Source: a virus (Duplodnaviria > Caudoviricetes). Taken from it: a stretch of 26,829 nucleotides of DNA. Positions 7,868-16,919 of this stretch are shown piece by piece. Each line of letters opens with the position of its first letter. The stretch's first letter is position 1. The stretch spans positions 1-26,829 of IMG/VR virus record IMGVR_UViG_3300023281_000932; one strand, 5' to 3'. The position numbers and the translations under genes are program-made. The notes below the pieces were generated by a model. The model saw only the letters and a list, made by a program, of their open reading frames with translations, ran no database searches and was not told the origin of the DNA.

Positions 7868-8314
7868 ATGGCATTACCTTCTTCGAGACAACAAAGAGAG
7901 TACGATAAGTTTATTGAACGTGCTGATGGCCAAACAGCCGTAGCAACTGATTCTGAAGCTTATCAATTTTCTCAAACCTTAATTAGCCTTACGAATGCCG
8001 GTGCAGGAACCTACGTAGGTTATTTAGATATGGCAGGCGCGAAATACGCAGGAATACAATTTGAAAAGTTCGGAGGCACAGATACTACTACTCTTACATT
8101 AGAGGCTACAATTCAAGATGACGGAACATTGGCTCCAGCAATTGTAACTTGGCAAGATGTAACGGCAGCCCTTACTGGGTCTGCTAGTTTTACTGCGGAT
8201 GCAATGATGTTTATAGATACCGTTATTGCTTGTAAATATATAAAAATTCAAGTGGTTGTAGCAGGTGGAGCTAACGACGCTGACTTTGACGTATACGCAA
8301 AGATCACTACATAA
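7868..8314 (+). CDS. Jelly-roll/beta-sandwich virion accessory protein
   Basis: TLTLEATIQDD...WQDV...CKYIKIQVV beta pattern, within the structural module. Confidence 0.55.
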   Translation: MALPSSRQQREYDKFIERADGQTAVATDSEAYQFSQTLISLTNAGAGTYVGYLDMAGAKYAGIQFEKFGGTDTTTLTLEATIQDDGTLAPAIVTWQDVTAALTGSASFTADAMMFIDTVIACKYIKIQVVVAGGANDADFDVYAKITT

Positions 8315-8347
8315 GAGTGTGTTTCATAATATTTAACTTACAATAAC

Positions 8348-8743
8348 ATGACAGTAACTTTATCTTCAAAGGTTGGGGTGCTTACATCTCCTTTACAGGG
8401 TGGTTTAGATATAAACAATAAACCCGTATATCAAACACAATATCATAATGGTGTTTCTGGTGCGACACCTACAGTAGACTTTACGGCTAACGGAAGTTCA
8501 CAAAGCATTGAGTTAGATAATAATGCTACTTTTACTTTTACTGCTCCACCAGGAGCTTGTCACTTAACTCTCTTGTTTCAACAAGATCCAGCTGCAGGAC
8601 ATGCAGTTACTTGGCCTGCTACTGTTTTATGGCAAAACGCTACGGAACCAGTATGGACAACTAACGCAGGCGACGTAAATATAGCATTCTTCTATTATGA
8701 CGGTGCGAGATATAACGGATCAGGATTGGTAGACGTTTCTTAA
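8348..8743 (+). CDS. Fibre/spike-associated domain protein
   Basis: LTLLFQQD...VTWPATVLW...P.WTT.AG.V.I.FFYYDG, a module recurrent in phage fibre proteins. Confidence 0.65.
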   Translation: MTVTLSSKVGVLTSPLQGGLDINNKPVYQTQYHNGVSGATPTVDFTANGSSQSIELDNNATFTFTAPPGACHLTLLFQQDPAAGHAVTWPATVLWQNATEPVWTTNAGDVNIAFFYYDGARYNGSGLVDVS

Positions 8744-8755
8744 ATAAAATAAAAC

Positions 8756-11700
8756 ATGGCGAATAAAATATTTAGTACAGCCGCTTCCGCTACAACCGCC
8801 AGTGGTTCTGCGAATAGACATCTGGGGGTTCCAATTGAGATAGAACCAGGATGGATTTTGCAGCTGGTCTGTCCTAGCAGCACTACGTTTGCTACAATAG
8901 ATTACTCAGTGGATGTTACAACTGGAGCTATAGGTGCACGGACTGCAAATACTGTTACAGGAGTTGCTCCTACGAATAGCGGGATTACACTTACAGATAG
9001 TGTGTTGTTTGACTCGACGCATGTATTGTCAGTCTTTCAAGACGTGACTGGTGGAAATATAAATGCGGTAATTTCTGAATGGGATCCAGCAACACATACA
9101 CTTGTGGGCAATACAGTTACCGATCTTGGGATTGCTGGTGGGGGTGCTGGTGGTGGGTTTTTTGTAAATATGGAAAAGATTGATGCTACGCATTACTTAG
9201 TTGTTTATACTACTGGGTCAGCTTTAATGTCTCAGGTTATAGAAGTTAACGCTGGAACTTACGCAGTGACTACGGTTGGTACGCCTTTAACTGTAGCTAC
9301 CACTCCGGGAGTTGCACAGGGCCATGTGGTACAGATTGACGCTACACATTATTCAATAAGTTATACTTATAGAAATGCTGCGGCGACAGCTAGTGGATTT
9401 TTCATGATCGTCGAAGTTAACCTGGGTACCTGGGCTGTAACTACAGCAACTGCAGAAACTGACTTAGGTTTAGGAGCCCCAGCTAATTCTTATATTACGA
9501 GTTTTTATATTGATTCGCTTACTTGGACTTTTAAAGTATCGGCCACAAAGGTGGTTGTTTTTTACAACACAATACCCCCCCTGGGGGGTTCAGCTACTGT
9601 AACCTGCTACAGGGTTGTAGATATTAATACTAGTACCTGGGTGATTACAGTTGGGGCCTTACAGTTGTTGGGAGGACAAGAATCTATTTATATGAGTGCG
9701 TCTTATTTAACACAGCCTGACCTTACTGTAGCAGAAGGATATTTTAGCTGTACCGTAAGGCAATATAAAGGGCAATCAATGTACAAGATAGGTTTTGATG
9801 CAGTCAACGGTATCATTACAATACTTTCAAATGCTTTCAATACATGGACAAGCGGTCAATACGTGAGGTATTCACCAATGGGGCAAGTGGCAGAGATGAA
9901 TGGAGGAGATATTATTGTTCAATGTTACAGAGACGTAAACGGCGGTTTCCCGCGTATACGTTCTGTTTTCAATACCGATTCGCCAACAACAGCTGGTTTA
10001 ATAGGGCCAGTGGCTAGTGGAACAACTGGGACCGCAAGTACAGGACAAAACTATCCAGATATTGTCGCTTTAGATTCTACGCATTTTGTTGTGTTAGGTT
10101 CAACATCAACCTATCCATTTATAACGTACGAAGTAGACGCAGCTGGACAAATAAAGATTTTAGACGACAGCTTTAATACAGCTTATTACAATAGTGTGAC
10201 TGGTGTTAAACTCGATAGTACGCACATGCTACTTTCAGAGGCTCAATATAACTTTAGAGTCGCAGAGGTTGACGCTAACTATATTGGGAGCTGGTCAGCA
10301 GCTCTCACATCATTAACCTCAGGAGGTAATGACACAACCAATGGTGTGAGGATGTACATAGCCGGAGAAGATGCTAGTTATTGGTATGTAATTGTTAATA
10401 GATATTCTACAGGAACTACTAGTGCAGTAAGTGTAGTTAGTATTGATAAGGCAACATATGTAGTTGCACAAGTAGGTTCTGACTTAACAGGAATGGGTAC
10501 TGCCAATGGATACGACATGACTCCAATTGAGGGGTATACCGACAAATGGTTGTGTGTATATAAAGATACTAATTTACTCGCTAGAGTAGTTGGAGTGAAC
10601 GGATCTTTTGAGCCAGTTTTTGAAGGAGCTGAATTTGACTTTGGTTTTGTAGGTATCATACCAAATGTACAAAGTGTTGATGCAACACATGCCGTAGTAA
10701 CATATAGTGATCTTAGCTTTGATGGATGGGCAGAAACTCTGGCGATAAATACAGGAACATGGGCAGTATCAGTAGCATCTGCTGCAGCATTTGAATTTGA
10801 GTCAATGTGGTTAAGCGAGTTTAAAAGCCGTTTAGTTAAGGTAGATGACAACCATGTTGCATTAATATGGGGGAATACAAGTGCATCAAATTATGTAGTT
10901 TTCAACAGCAAGAGTTCTCTTGGGGTTCTTGAAATGGACGCTGCGACCTATAACATTACGCTTCCACAAAATATATTATTAATAGCTGAGAATGGTGATC
11001 AGGCGACATTGGGTCTTTTAGATTCCGATACTATTATATCTTCAAGTGCAACAGATAATAATGGTGGTAGTAGTTCGTCATTCAATATCCAGCTTTGGGA
11101 TGTTGCTGCAGGATCTGTTACTCCTACTCAGGTTGTAATAACTTCTGCGGGAGTTGATTTTACAGCAGGGGCTTCTACTACATTACAAGTTCAGGTTCAA
11201 GATGGAGGTGGAGTTCTTGACGCATCAGACAATACAACTCAAATAACATTTACTCCTACATCACAGGGGCAAATAACTGGTGTGGTAACTGGAACCAACA
11301 TATCAGGTACAGGTGCAGTAGGTAATCCAAGAGTTGTACAGGTAGCTGGAGGTGTAGCGGAAGTTACAATTGAAAACGTAACAATAGAGACTTTTGAAAT
11401 AGCGATGACAAACGATGCAGCTTTAGCTAATCCAGCGAACGATTCGATAACTACAAGTGCAGGGACAGCAACAAAGGTTGTGTTCACGCAAGATCCAACA
11501 TCAGCAGTAGCAGGTGTTAATTTCTCACCAACTATTACAGCGGCAATTCAGGACGCTTACAATAATGTTGTTACTTCAACAGTGAATGTTGTGTTATCTA
11601 TTAACACAGGAGTAGGTACTTTAAATGGTACAACAACAGTAGCGGCAGTAGCTGGTATTGCTACATTCAACAGTATTAATATAAACGAGGCAGGAAGCTT

Positions 11701-12499
11701 TACGCTAGATGTTGATTCTACAGGGTTAACTACCGATACTTCGCCTAACTTTACTATTAGTCCAGCGGCAGCGTCTGCAGTAGCGTTGACAGGACCGGCT
11801 TTTGACTTTGTTGCGGGAGCAAGTAGTGCTCAACAAGTAGAGATTAAAGATGCATTTGGAAACACAGTTACTACAGATAATACTACTCAGGTTACATACT
11901 CTCCTACATTAAGTGGAGCTGTAACCGCAGTAGCAGTAGGGACTAATGTTGCTGGTACTGGACTTCCTGGTGATCCAAGAACTGTTCAAGTAGCGGCAGG
12001 TATAGCTCAAATAACTTTAGAGGATACAGTGGCGGAAACGTTCGAGGTTGTATTCTCTAATAACGGAGGTTTGAGTAATCCAGCAAATGATTCAATCATA
12101 GTTTCTGTAGCGGCAGCTGCTAAGGTTAGTTTAACTGGAGCAGGTTCTAACTTTGTTGTTGGAGGTAGCACTACAGTTTCCGTACAAGTACAAGACACAT
12201 ACAATAACTTAATCACAACGGACAGCACTACACAGATAACACTTACGCCTACTTTAGCTGGACAGATCTCAGGAGTAACTGTGGGTACTAATATCTCTGG
12301 TACGGGTGCACCTGGGGCGAACAGAGTCGTAGAAGTTGCAGGAGGAATAGCAGCTGTAACAGTAACTAACTTAGTAGTACAGACATTTGAAATAGCGTTT
12401 ATTAATGACGGGGGATATTTAAATCCTGCTAATGATTCGATTGATTCGTTAGCCGTTTCAGTAGACGGAGCTGGAGTTATGGTAGGGTTTATTTTCTAA
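8756..12499 (+). CDS. Large virion adhesin: beta-propeller-like repeats plus four Ig-like domains
   Basis: About 9 D[AS]TH-hydrophobic blade motifs (FDSTHVL, IDATHYL, IDATHYS, LDSTHFV, LDSTHML, VDATHAV and others). Four ~100-aa Ig-like units with QD.YNN/KDAFGN motifs follow, three ending in NPANDSI. The C-terminus is hydrophobic (MVGFIF). Confidence 0.75.
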   Translation: MANKIFSTAASATTASGSANRHLGVPIEIEPGWILQLVCPSSTTFATIDYSVDVTTGAIGARTANTVTGVAPTNSGITLTDSVLFDSTHVLSVFQDVTGGNINAVISEWDPATHTLVGNTVTDLGIAGGGAGGGFFVNMEKIDATHYLVVYTTGSALMSQVIEVNAGTYAVTTVGTPLTVATTPGVAQGHVVQIDATHYSISYTYRNAAATASGFFMIVEVNLGTWAVTTATAETDLGLGAPANSYITSFYIDSLTWTFKVSATKVVVFYNTIPPLGGSATVTCYRVVDINTSTWVITVGALQLLGGQESIYMSASYLTQPDLTVAEGYFSCTVRQYKGQSMYKIGFDAVNGIITILSNAFNTWTSGQYVRYSPMGQVAEMNGGDIIVQCYRDVNGGFPRIRSVFNTDSPTTAGLIGPVASGTTGTASTGQNYPDIVALDSTHFVVLGSTSTYPFITYEVDAAGQIKILDDSFNTAYYNSVTGVKLDSTHMLLSEAQYNFRVAEVDANYIGSWSAALTSLTSGGNDTTNGVRMYIAGEDASYWYVIVNRYSTGTTSAVSVVSIDKATYVVAQVGSDLTGMGTANGYDMTPIEGYTDKWLCVYKDTNLLARVVGVNGSFEPVFEGAEFDFGFVGIIPNVQSVDATHAVVTYSDLSFDGWAETLAINTGTWAVSVASAAAFEFESMWLSEFKSRLVKVDDNHVALIWGNTSASNYVVFNSKSSLGVLEMDAATYNITLPQNILLIAENGDQATLGLLDSDTIISSSATDNNGGSSSSFNIQLWDVAAGSVTPTQVVITSAGVDFTAGASTTLQVQVQDGGGVLDASDNTTQITFTPTSQGQITGVVTGTNISGTGAVGNPRVVQVAGGVAEVTIENVTIETFEIAMTNDAALANPANDSITTSAGTATKVVFTQDPTSAVAGVNFSPTITAAIQDAYNNVVTSTVNVVLSINTGVGTLNGTTTVAAVAGIATFNSININEAGSFTLDVDSTGLTTDTSPNFTISPAAASAVALTGPAFDFVAGASSAQQVEIKDAFGNTVTTDNTTQVTYSPTLSGAVTAVAVGTNVAGTGLPGDPRTVQVAAGIAQITLEDTVAETFEVVFSNNGGLSNPANDSIIVSVAAAAKVSLTGAGSNFVVGGSTTVSVQVQDTYNNLITTDSTTQITLTPTLAGQISGVTVGTNISGTGAPGANRVVEVAGGIAAVTVTNLVVQTFEIAFINDGGYLNPANDSIDSLAVSVDGAGVMVGFIF

Positions 12500-12512
12500 C
12501 TTAAAACAACCC

Positions 12513-12737
12513 ATGGAGTACATATCAGAATATTTGCCCACAATAATTGGTATAATCACGGTTGTTGTTTGGCTGGTAAGAATGGAAGGAAAGGTTAACC
12601 ATTTAGATAACGAGGTTAAGGAAGTTAAACAGGAGGTGCATAACGTGCTTGAGTTAAAACCGCTGATCATACAAATACAAAACGATATTAAATGGATAAA
12701 GAAACTTATAGAATCTAAATTTACTAATAAAAATTAG
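12513..12737 (+). CDS. Single-TM plus coiled-coil membrane protein (holin/XhlA-like)
   Basis: Hydrophobic LPTIIGIITVVVWLV followed by heptad repeats ending in IQNDIKWIK. Confidence 0.55.
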   Translation: MEYISEYLPTIIGIITVVVWLVRMEGKVNHLDNEVKEVKQEVHNVLELKPLIIQIQNDIKWIKKLIESKFTNKN

Positions 12738-12739
12738 TT

Positions 12740-13426
12740 ATGACAGCACAACAAATTATAGACAATGCTAGAACAGATATGGCTATTGATCCAGGGCAAG
12801 AGATCTGGACGGACGCACAACTACTTAGATATTTAAATGAGGGGGCTTCATTTATTTACGCTAAAGCAAACTGGAAGTATGAGTTTAAAGATGGAACAGT
12901 TACCCCGTTAGTACTAGGTCAGGCTAACTACGCATTACCTGCTGACTTCAGAAGACTGTTATGGGTTAAGGTTATTGATAACACAATGCCAGTTACAGCC
13001 AACTCTTCAGTTATTCCTATGGTAACTAATACGCTAACTGACTTTCAAAAGACAAGAGATATGGACGCTACAGGGATTGGGCCAAGCTACGCATATATAG
13101 AAGATGGAGAGCTTTATGTATGGCCATTACCAAACGCAACAGCAGTAGCTACTTATAGTCTGGCGTTTAAATATGTTAAATACCCTACGGAATTAACAGG
13201 AGTAGATACGCCAATCTTCCCAGCTGAATGGCACTTTATCTTGGGACACTATATAAGATATAGAGCGTTCGCTAGTAAACCAGGAGGAAGTAATAAGACT
13301 TATGCACAAGACGCTTTAAATGAATGGGATCTTTGGAGTAAGAAAGCGGTAGCAGATATGCTACATATACAAGACGAAAGACTTACATATATTATGCCAA
13401 CATTGCCATCTAATAATTCTAAATAA
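12740..13426 (+). CDS. Head-tail adaptor / tail tubular protein A-like
   Basis: MTAQQIIDNAR...WTDAQLLRYLNEG, YALPADF, LYVWPLP and PIFPAEWH motifs typical of podovirus adaptors. Confidence 0.75.
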   Translation: MTAQQIIDNARTDMAIDPGQEIWTDAQLLRYLNEGASFIYAKANWKYEFKDGTVTPLVLGQANYALPADFRRLLWVKVIDNTMPVTANSSVIPMVTNTLTDFQKTRDMDATGIGPSYAYIEDGELYVWPLPNATAVATYSLAFKYVKYPTELTGVDTPIFPAEWHFILGHYIRYRAFASKPGGSNKTYAQDALNEWDLWSKKAVADMLHIQDERLTYIMPTLPSNNSK

Positions 13427-14982
13427 TGTCCACGATTAACATCAGCAACTTTACAGGAGGACTGAATACCGGAGAGGAAGAAACTATCCGGGATAATGAG
13501 CTGGCTATAGCTAGGAATGTTTCCTATGACTATCAAGGAATGCTAGGTGTTAGGCCTGGTCTTTTAAACTTTGGTGCAGAGATACCAGGTGTAGATGGAA
13601 TTCATAGTATTTACTTTACAACATTCACTACTGGAGTAAGGATCTTGCTATGTACGGCAGGCACAGATGTTTACCTATATGATGAAGGAACAAGTACATG
13701 GAATAGTATTCAGTCTGGATTAACAGACGGTTTAGATTTTAGCTTTATCACATATAAGAATGTTGTTTATTGGTGTAATGGTACAGATGACTTTACTAGT
13801 TACGATGGGACTACAGTTACTGAATATCCAGCGATAATAAAACCTAAATACATGGTAGTGCAGAATGATGTGGCATATGCAGCTGGTATTTCTACTGATC
13901 CTAGTACGGTGTTTTATACCGCAGCTAATCCTGGATCGATAAATGGAGATGGGTTTTCAAACGATGAACCTGTTAACCAGGATGAAGGAATCATCACAGG
14001 GCTTAGACCACTAGGGGCTTTAGTTGTTGTAGGGAAGACTCAGGGGATTTATCTATTGAACGTCTTTACAACTACCCCAACAATAGAAGCTTTAGATTTT
14101 GAAGGAGATGTTACATCTCATAGAAGTATGGTTAGTGTGGAGAACAACATGTTATTCATGAGCACTAATGGAGTTTATTCTTTATCGCAAAGACAAGGAA
14201 CCACAGGTTCTTATAGAGCTTATGCTTGGTCTGAGAACATTGAGAAAGATGTTAAGGCGATAGAAGATAAGACTTCAGTAGCAGCTGTTTATTTTCCCCG
14301 TACTAACAATGTTTTTATGAGCGTAGATTCTGGTGAGGTAAGTAGACCAGACAAGATGTTTTTATTAAACACTTTAGTTTCAATACCTGGGCAATACAAG
14401 TTTGCTTGGACAGAGTATACCAATATTACAGCCAATGACTTTACTATATACGAAGACGCTAATGGTATAGAAAGATTACTGGTAGCTAATTCGTTTGGTG
14501 GACAGGTGGTAGAGATGGAAAGAGAAGATCAATATTCAGATAACGGATTAGAGATAGGAACCATTATGAGAACAAAGACTTTTGACTTTGATGTTCCTCA
14601 AGCATATAAAGTATTTAGAGGATGTAACCTAACTGGATTTATAACAACTAACGAGGTAGTTACATTCAAGGTGGACATTGATGGGGTAGAGACTTCAAAG
14701 ACGTTTACTGGTGCGCCCTACGCTGTAGGAGATGACTCAGATCCATTCCCTCTAGGTGAAGAGGACTTGGGGATAGATCCTTTGGGAGGAGGCCCAGTAG
14801 CCACAGACGGCCTAGACTTTTATATATTTACAAGTCGCCGTAGTTTCCAGAAGTACGGGCTTCGTATGACTATACAAATTGAAACAACGAGTTTAAATTC
14901 TAGTATGAAGATGACGAAACTAGCCTTCCCAGTAGAAGCTATGGACGACACTATATTTCCAACAGATTACATTGTAACGTAA
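13426..14982 (+). CDS. Tail nozzle / stabilisation protein (tubular B, P22 gp10-like)
   Basis: N-terminal NFTGGLN...ARNV...RPG, a beta-propeller character and RTKTFDF..P..YK. It follows the adaptor with a TAATG overlap. Confidence 0.8.
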   Translation: MSTINISNFTGGLNTGEEETIRDNELAIARNVSYDYQGMLGVRPGLLNFGAEIPGVDGIHSIYFTTFTTGVRILLCTAGTDVYLYDEGTSTWNSIQSGLTDGLDFSFITYKNVVYWCNGTDDFTSYDGTTVTEYPAIIKPKYMVVQNDVAYAAGISTDPSTVFYTAANPGSINGDGFSNDEPVNQDEGIITGLRPLGALVVVGKTQGIYLLNVFTTTPTIEALDFEGDVTSHRSMVSVENNMLFMSTNGVYSLSQRQGTTGSYRAYAWSENIEKDVKAIEDKTSVAAVYFPRTNNVFMSVDSGEVSRPDKMFLLNTLVSIPGQYKFAWTEYTNITANDFTIYEDANGIERLLVANSFGGQVVEMEREDQYSDNGLEIGTIMRTKTFDFDVPQAYKVFRGCNLTGFITTNEVVTFKVDIDGVETSKTFTGAPYAVGDDSDPFPLGEEDLGIDPLGGGPVATDGLDFYIFTSRRSFQKYGLRMTIQIETTSLNSSMKMTKLAFPVEAMDDTIFPTDYIVT

Positions 14983-14994
14983 CCCCAACCAGAT

Positions 14995-16899
14995 ATGACA
15001 AACACAACAATAGTCCCCTTAGAGAATGCTTATAAGACTGTTCTAACAGCTTCGATTGATGCTATAACAACTACTATCATAGTAGATGTTGCTCCAAGCT
15101 TTACGGTTCCAGTAGGGAAAAAGATTCCTGCAGTACTTGATCCCAAGAATAACTTTAGGGAGGTAGTTTTTATTACGGCTGTCGTAGGCTCAACATTAAC
15201 AGTTGAAAGAGGAAAGCCCGATTACGATGGTGGACCTAGTACAGCGAACGCGCATAGTGCTGGATCTACAATAGTAATAACAAATCCATTTAATATATTT
15301 AAAGATTACGCAGACGCTATAGATAGTAAGTTAGATAACGATGGTGGTAATCCCACAACAACCTGGGACTTAGATGTATCAGGTTCTAACTTTAGATTTA
15401 GATTAGATGTTGGTACAGGAGACATGTTGTTTACGGATGACAATCAAGCTGAGGTTTCATTATCTACATTAGCTGCTGCGGCAGGAGTAGATGATAAGGC
15501 TAAAGTTTCAGCAGCAGATACGACTAGTAGTTATTTAGCTACTAAGATAGTTGCCGGTACTGGAGGTGCTGTAACTATTTTAAATCCAGGAGGAAACGAA
15601 ACATTAGAAATTGGTCTTGATCCAACTGGAGCAGGAGTATCAGACCATGAAATTTATACACCAGCTTTCTTAACAGGAGGGAACGCTCCAGAGGTAGTAG
15701 TAGCGATATGGGATTCAGTAAGCGATGGTGCATTCAGTATAACTATAGATGGTGTAATTAGAGAGATGACAGGCTTGAACTTCCAAACGCCAGCAGTAAC
15801 TAGCATGGCTGAGGTAGCTGCAGTAATACAAGCAGGTATAAGAACAGTAACAGGTTCAAATGAAACATGTACTTGGAGTGGAACAGAGTTTATAATAACT
15901 TCAGCTCTGACAACAGTTGCTTCAGCAGTAACAGTTACTTCAACGATAGCAGTTCCAGCAGGTACAGATATATCAGGAGCAGGTGCAGCTTATATGGATT
16001 GTGATGCAGGTTCTACTGCAGTTGCTACGGCACCAGTTTTAGATCCAACAGCAGATGCAGGAAGCCTAGTTGTTTTAGCAGCTAGTGGAAATATAAACGG
16101 AGCCTTGGTAGATGCGAACACTTTAGGATTAACTGCTAAAGGTTCACTTGCTACAGCTAGCGATGCAACAACAAAAGCAGAATTAACAGTAGGTGCAGAT
16201 GGATCAGCTTTAGTAGCAGACTCAACAGCACCTGGAGGTATAGCTTGGTCTCCAGCAACTCCACCAGACTTTGTAGGTGTGGGGGCTAACACACCCAAGA
16301 GTTTTAATTATCAATTAACTTGGGATGGATGGTATCAAACAGCTCTGTCAGCAGCCACCGCTGGTGCCGCAATGTATTTTATAAGCTCAACGAGTACTCA
16401 AGGAGCTATATCAACTCCAATAGCCCCAACGACGGACAGAACTCTATCTAGTACCAACATGCCATGGGATGCTACATTTACTAAACTAACGGTTGACTGG
16501 TGGATGTGTGCAGCTCTATTAGGAGGAGATAGTAGTTATGGAATAAGTGGGCATAATGCTACTGGGTTTAACAGGGCCGACCCGAATCAAGCGGGATGTT
16601 ATTTCTTCTGGGATGTGGGAACTACTTTATCTATAGTTACCGCAGATGATGTATCAAATACGACAACCGCTTTGGTAGGTCCACCCCCTATAGACGAGTT
16701 GCAGAATTATAGAATAGAACATACTCCAGGAGTAGATACTAAGTTTTATCTTAATGGAGTGTTAGTTGGAACCCACACAACAAACCTACCTTTAGTGAGT
16801 AACACTAACATTGTGTTTTTTGGGGCAGGATTAGATGATAATGGTTCTGGTACAGACTACCTTCACCTAGGGCCTGTAGCCGTTAGTGTAGCTTTATAA
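14995..16899 (+). CDS. Tail fibre / receptor-binding protein (mosaic)
   Basis: N-terminal attachment-type domain (LTVERG...AHSAGS), a LTAKGSL...LTVGADGSALVADS shaft motif, and a C-terminal ConA/lectin-like domain (YRIE...KFYLNGVLVGTHTTNLP). Confidence 0.75.
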   Translation: MTNTTIVPLENAYKTVLTASIDAITTTIIVDVAPSFTVPVGKKIPAVLDPKNNFREVVFITAVVGSTLTVERGKPDYDGGPSTANAHSAGSTIVITNPFNIFKDYADAIDSKLDNDGGNPTTTWDLDVSGSNFRFRLDVGTGDMLFTDDNQAEVSLSTLAAAAGVDDKAKVSAADTTSSYLATKIVAGTGGAVTILNPGGNETLEIGLDPTGAGVSDHEIYTPAFLTGGNAPEVVVAIWDSVSDGAFSITIDGVIREMTGLNFQTPAVTSMAEVAAVIQAGIRTVTGSNETCTWSGTEFIITSALTTVASAVTVTSTIAVPAGTDISGAGAAYMDCDAGSTAVATAPVLDPTADAGSLVVLAASGNINGALVDANTLGLTAKGSLATASDATTKAELTVGADGSALVADSTAPGGIAWSPATPPDFVGVGANTPKSFNYQLTWDGWYQTALSAATAGAAMYFISSTSTQGAISTPIAPTTDRTLSSTNMPWDATFTKLTVDWWMCAALLGGDSSYGISGHNATGFNRADPNQAGCYFFWDVGTTLSIVTADDVSNTTTALVGPPPIDELQNYRIEHTPGVDTKFYLNGVLVGTHTTNLPLVSNTNIVFFGAGLDDNGSGTDYLHLGPVAVSVAL

Positions 16900-16919
16900 A
16901 TAACTTAACAACATATAAT

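Noticed and set aside
14995-16899. Diversity-generating retroelement target in the fibre or adhesin C-terminus
   Set aside because: No reverse transcriptase and no near-identical TR/VR pair differing at adenines was seen in the window.
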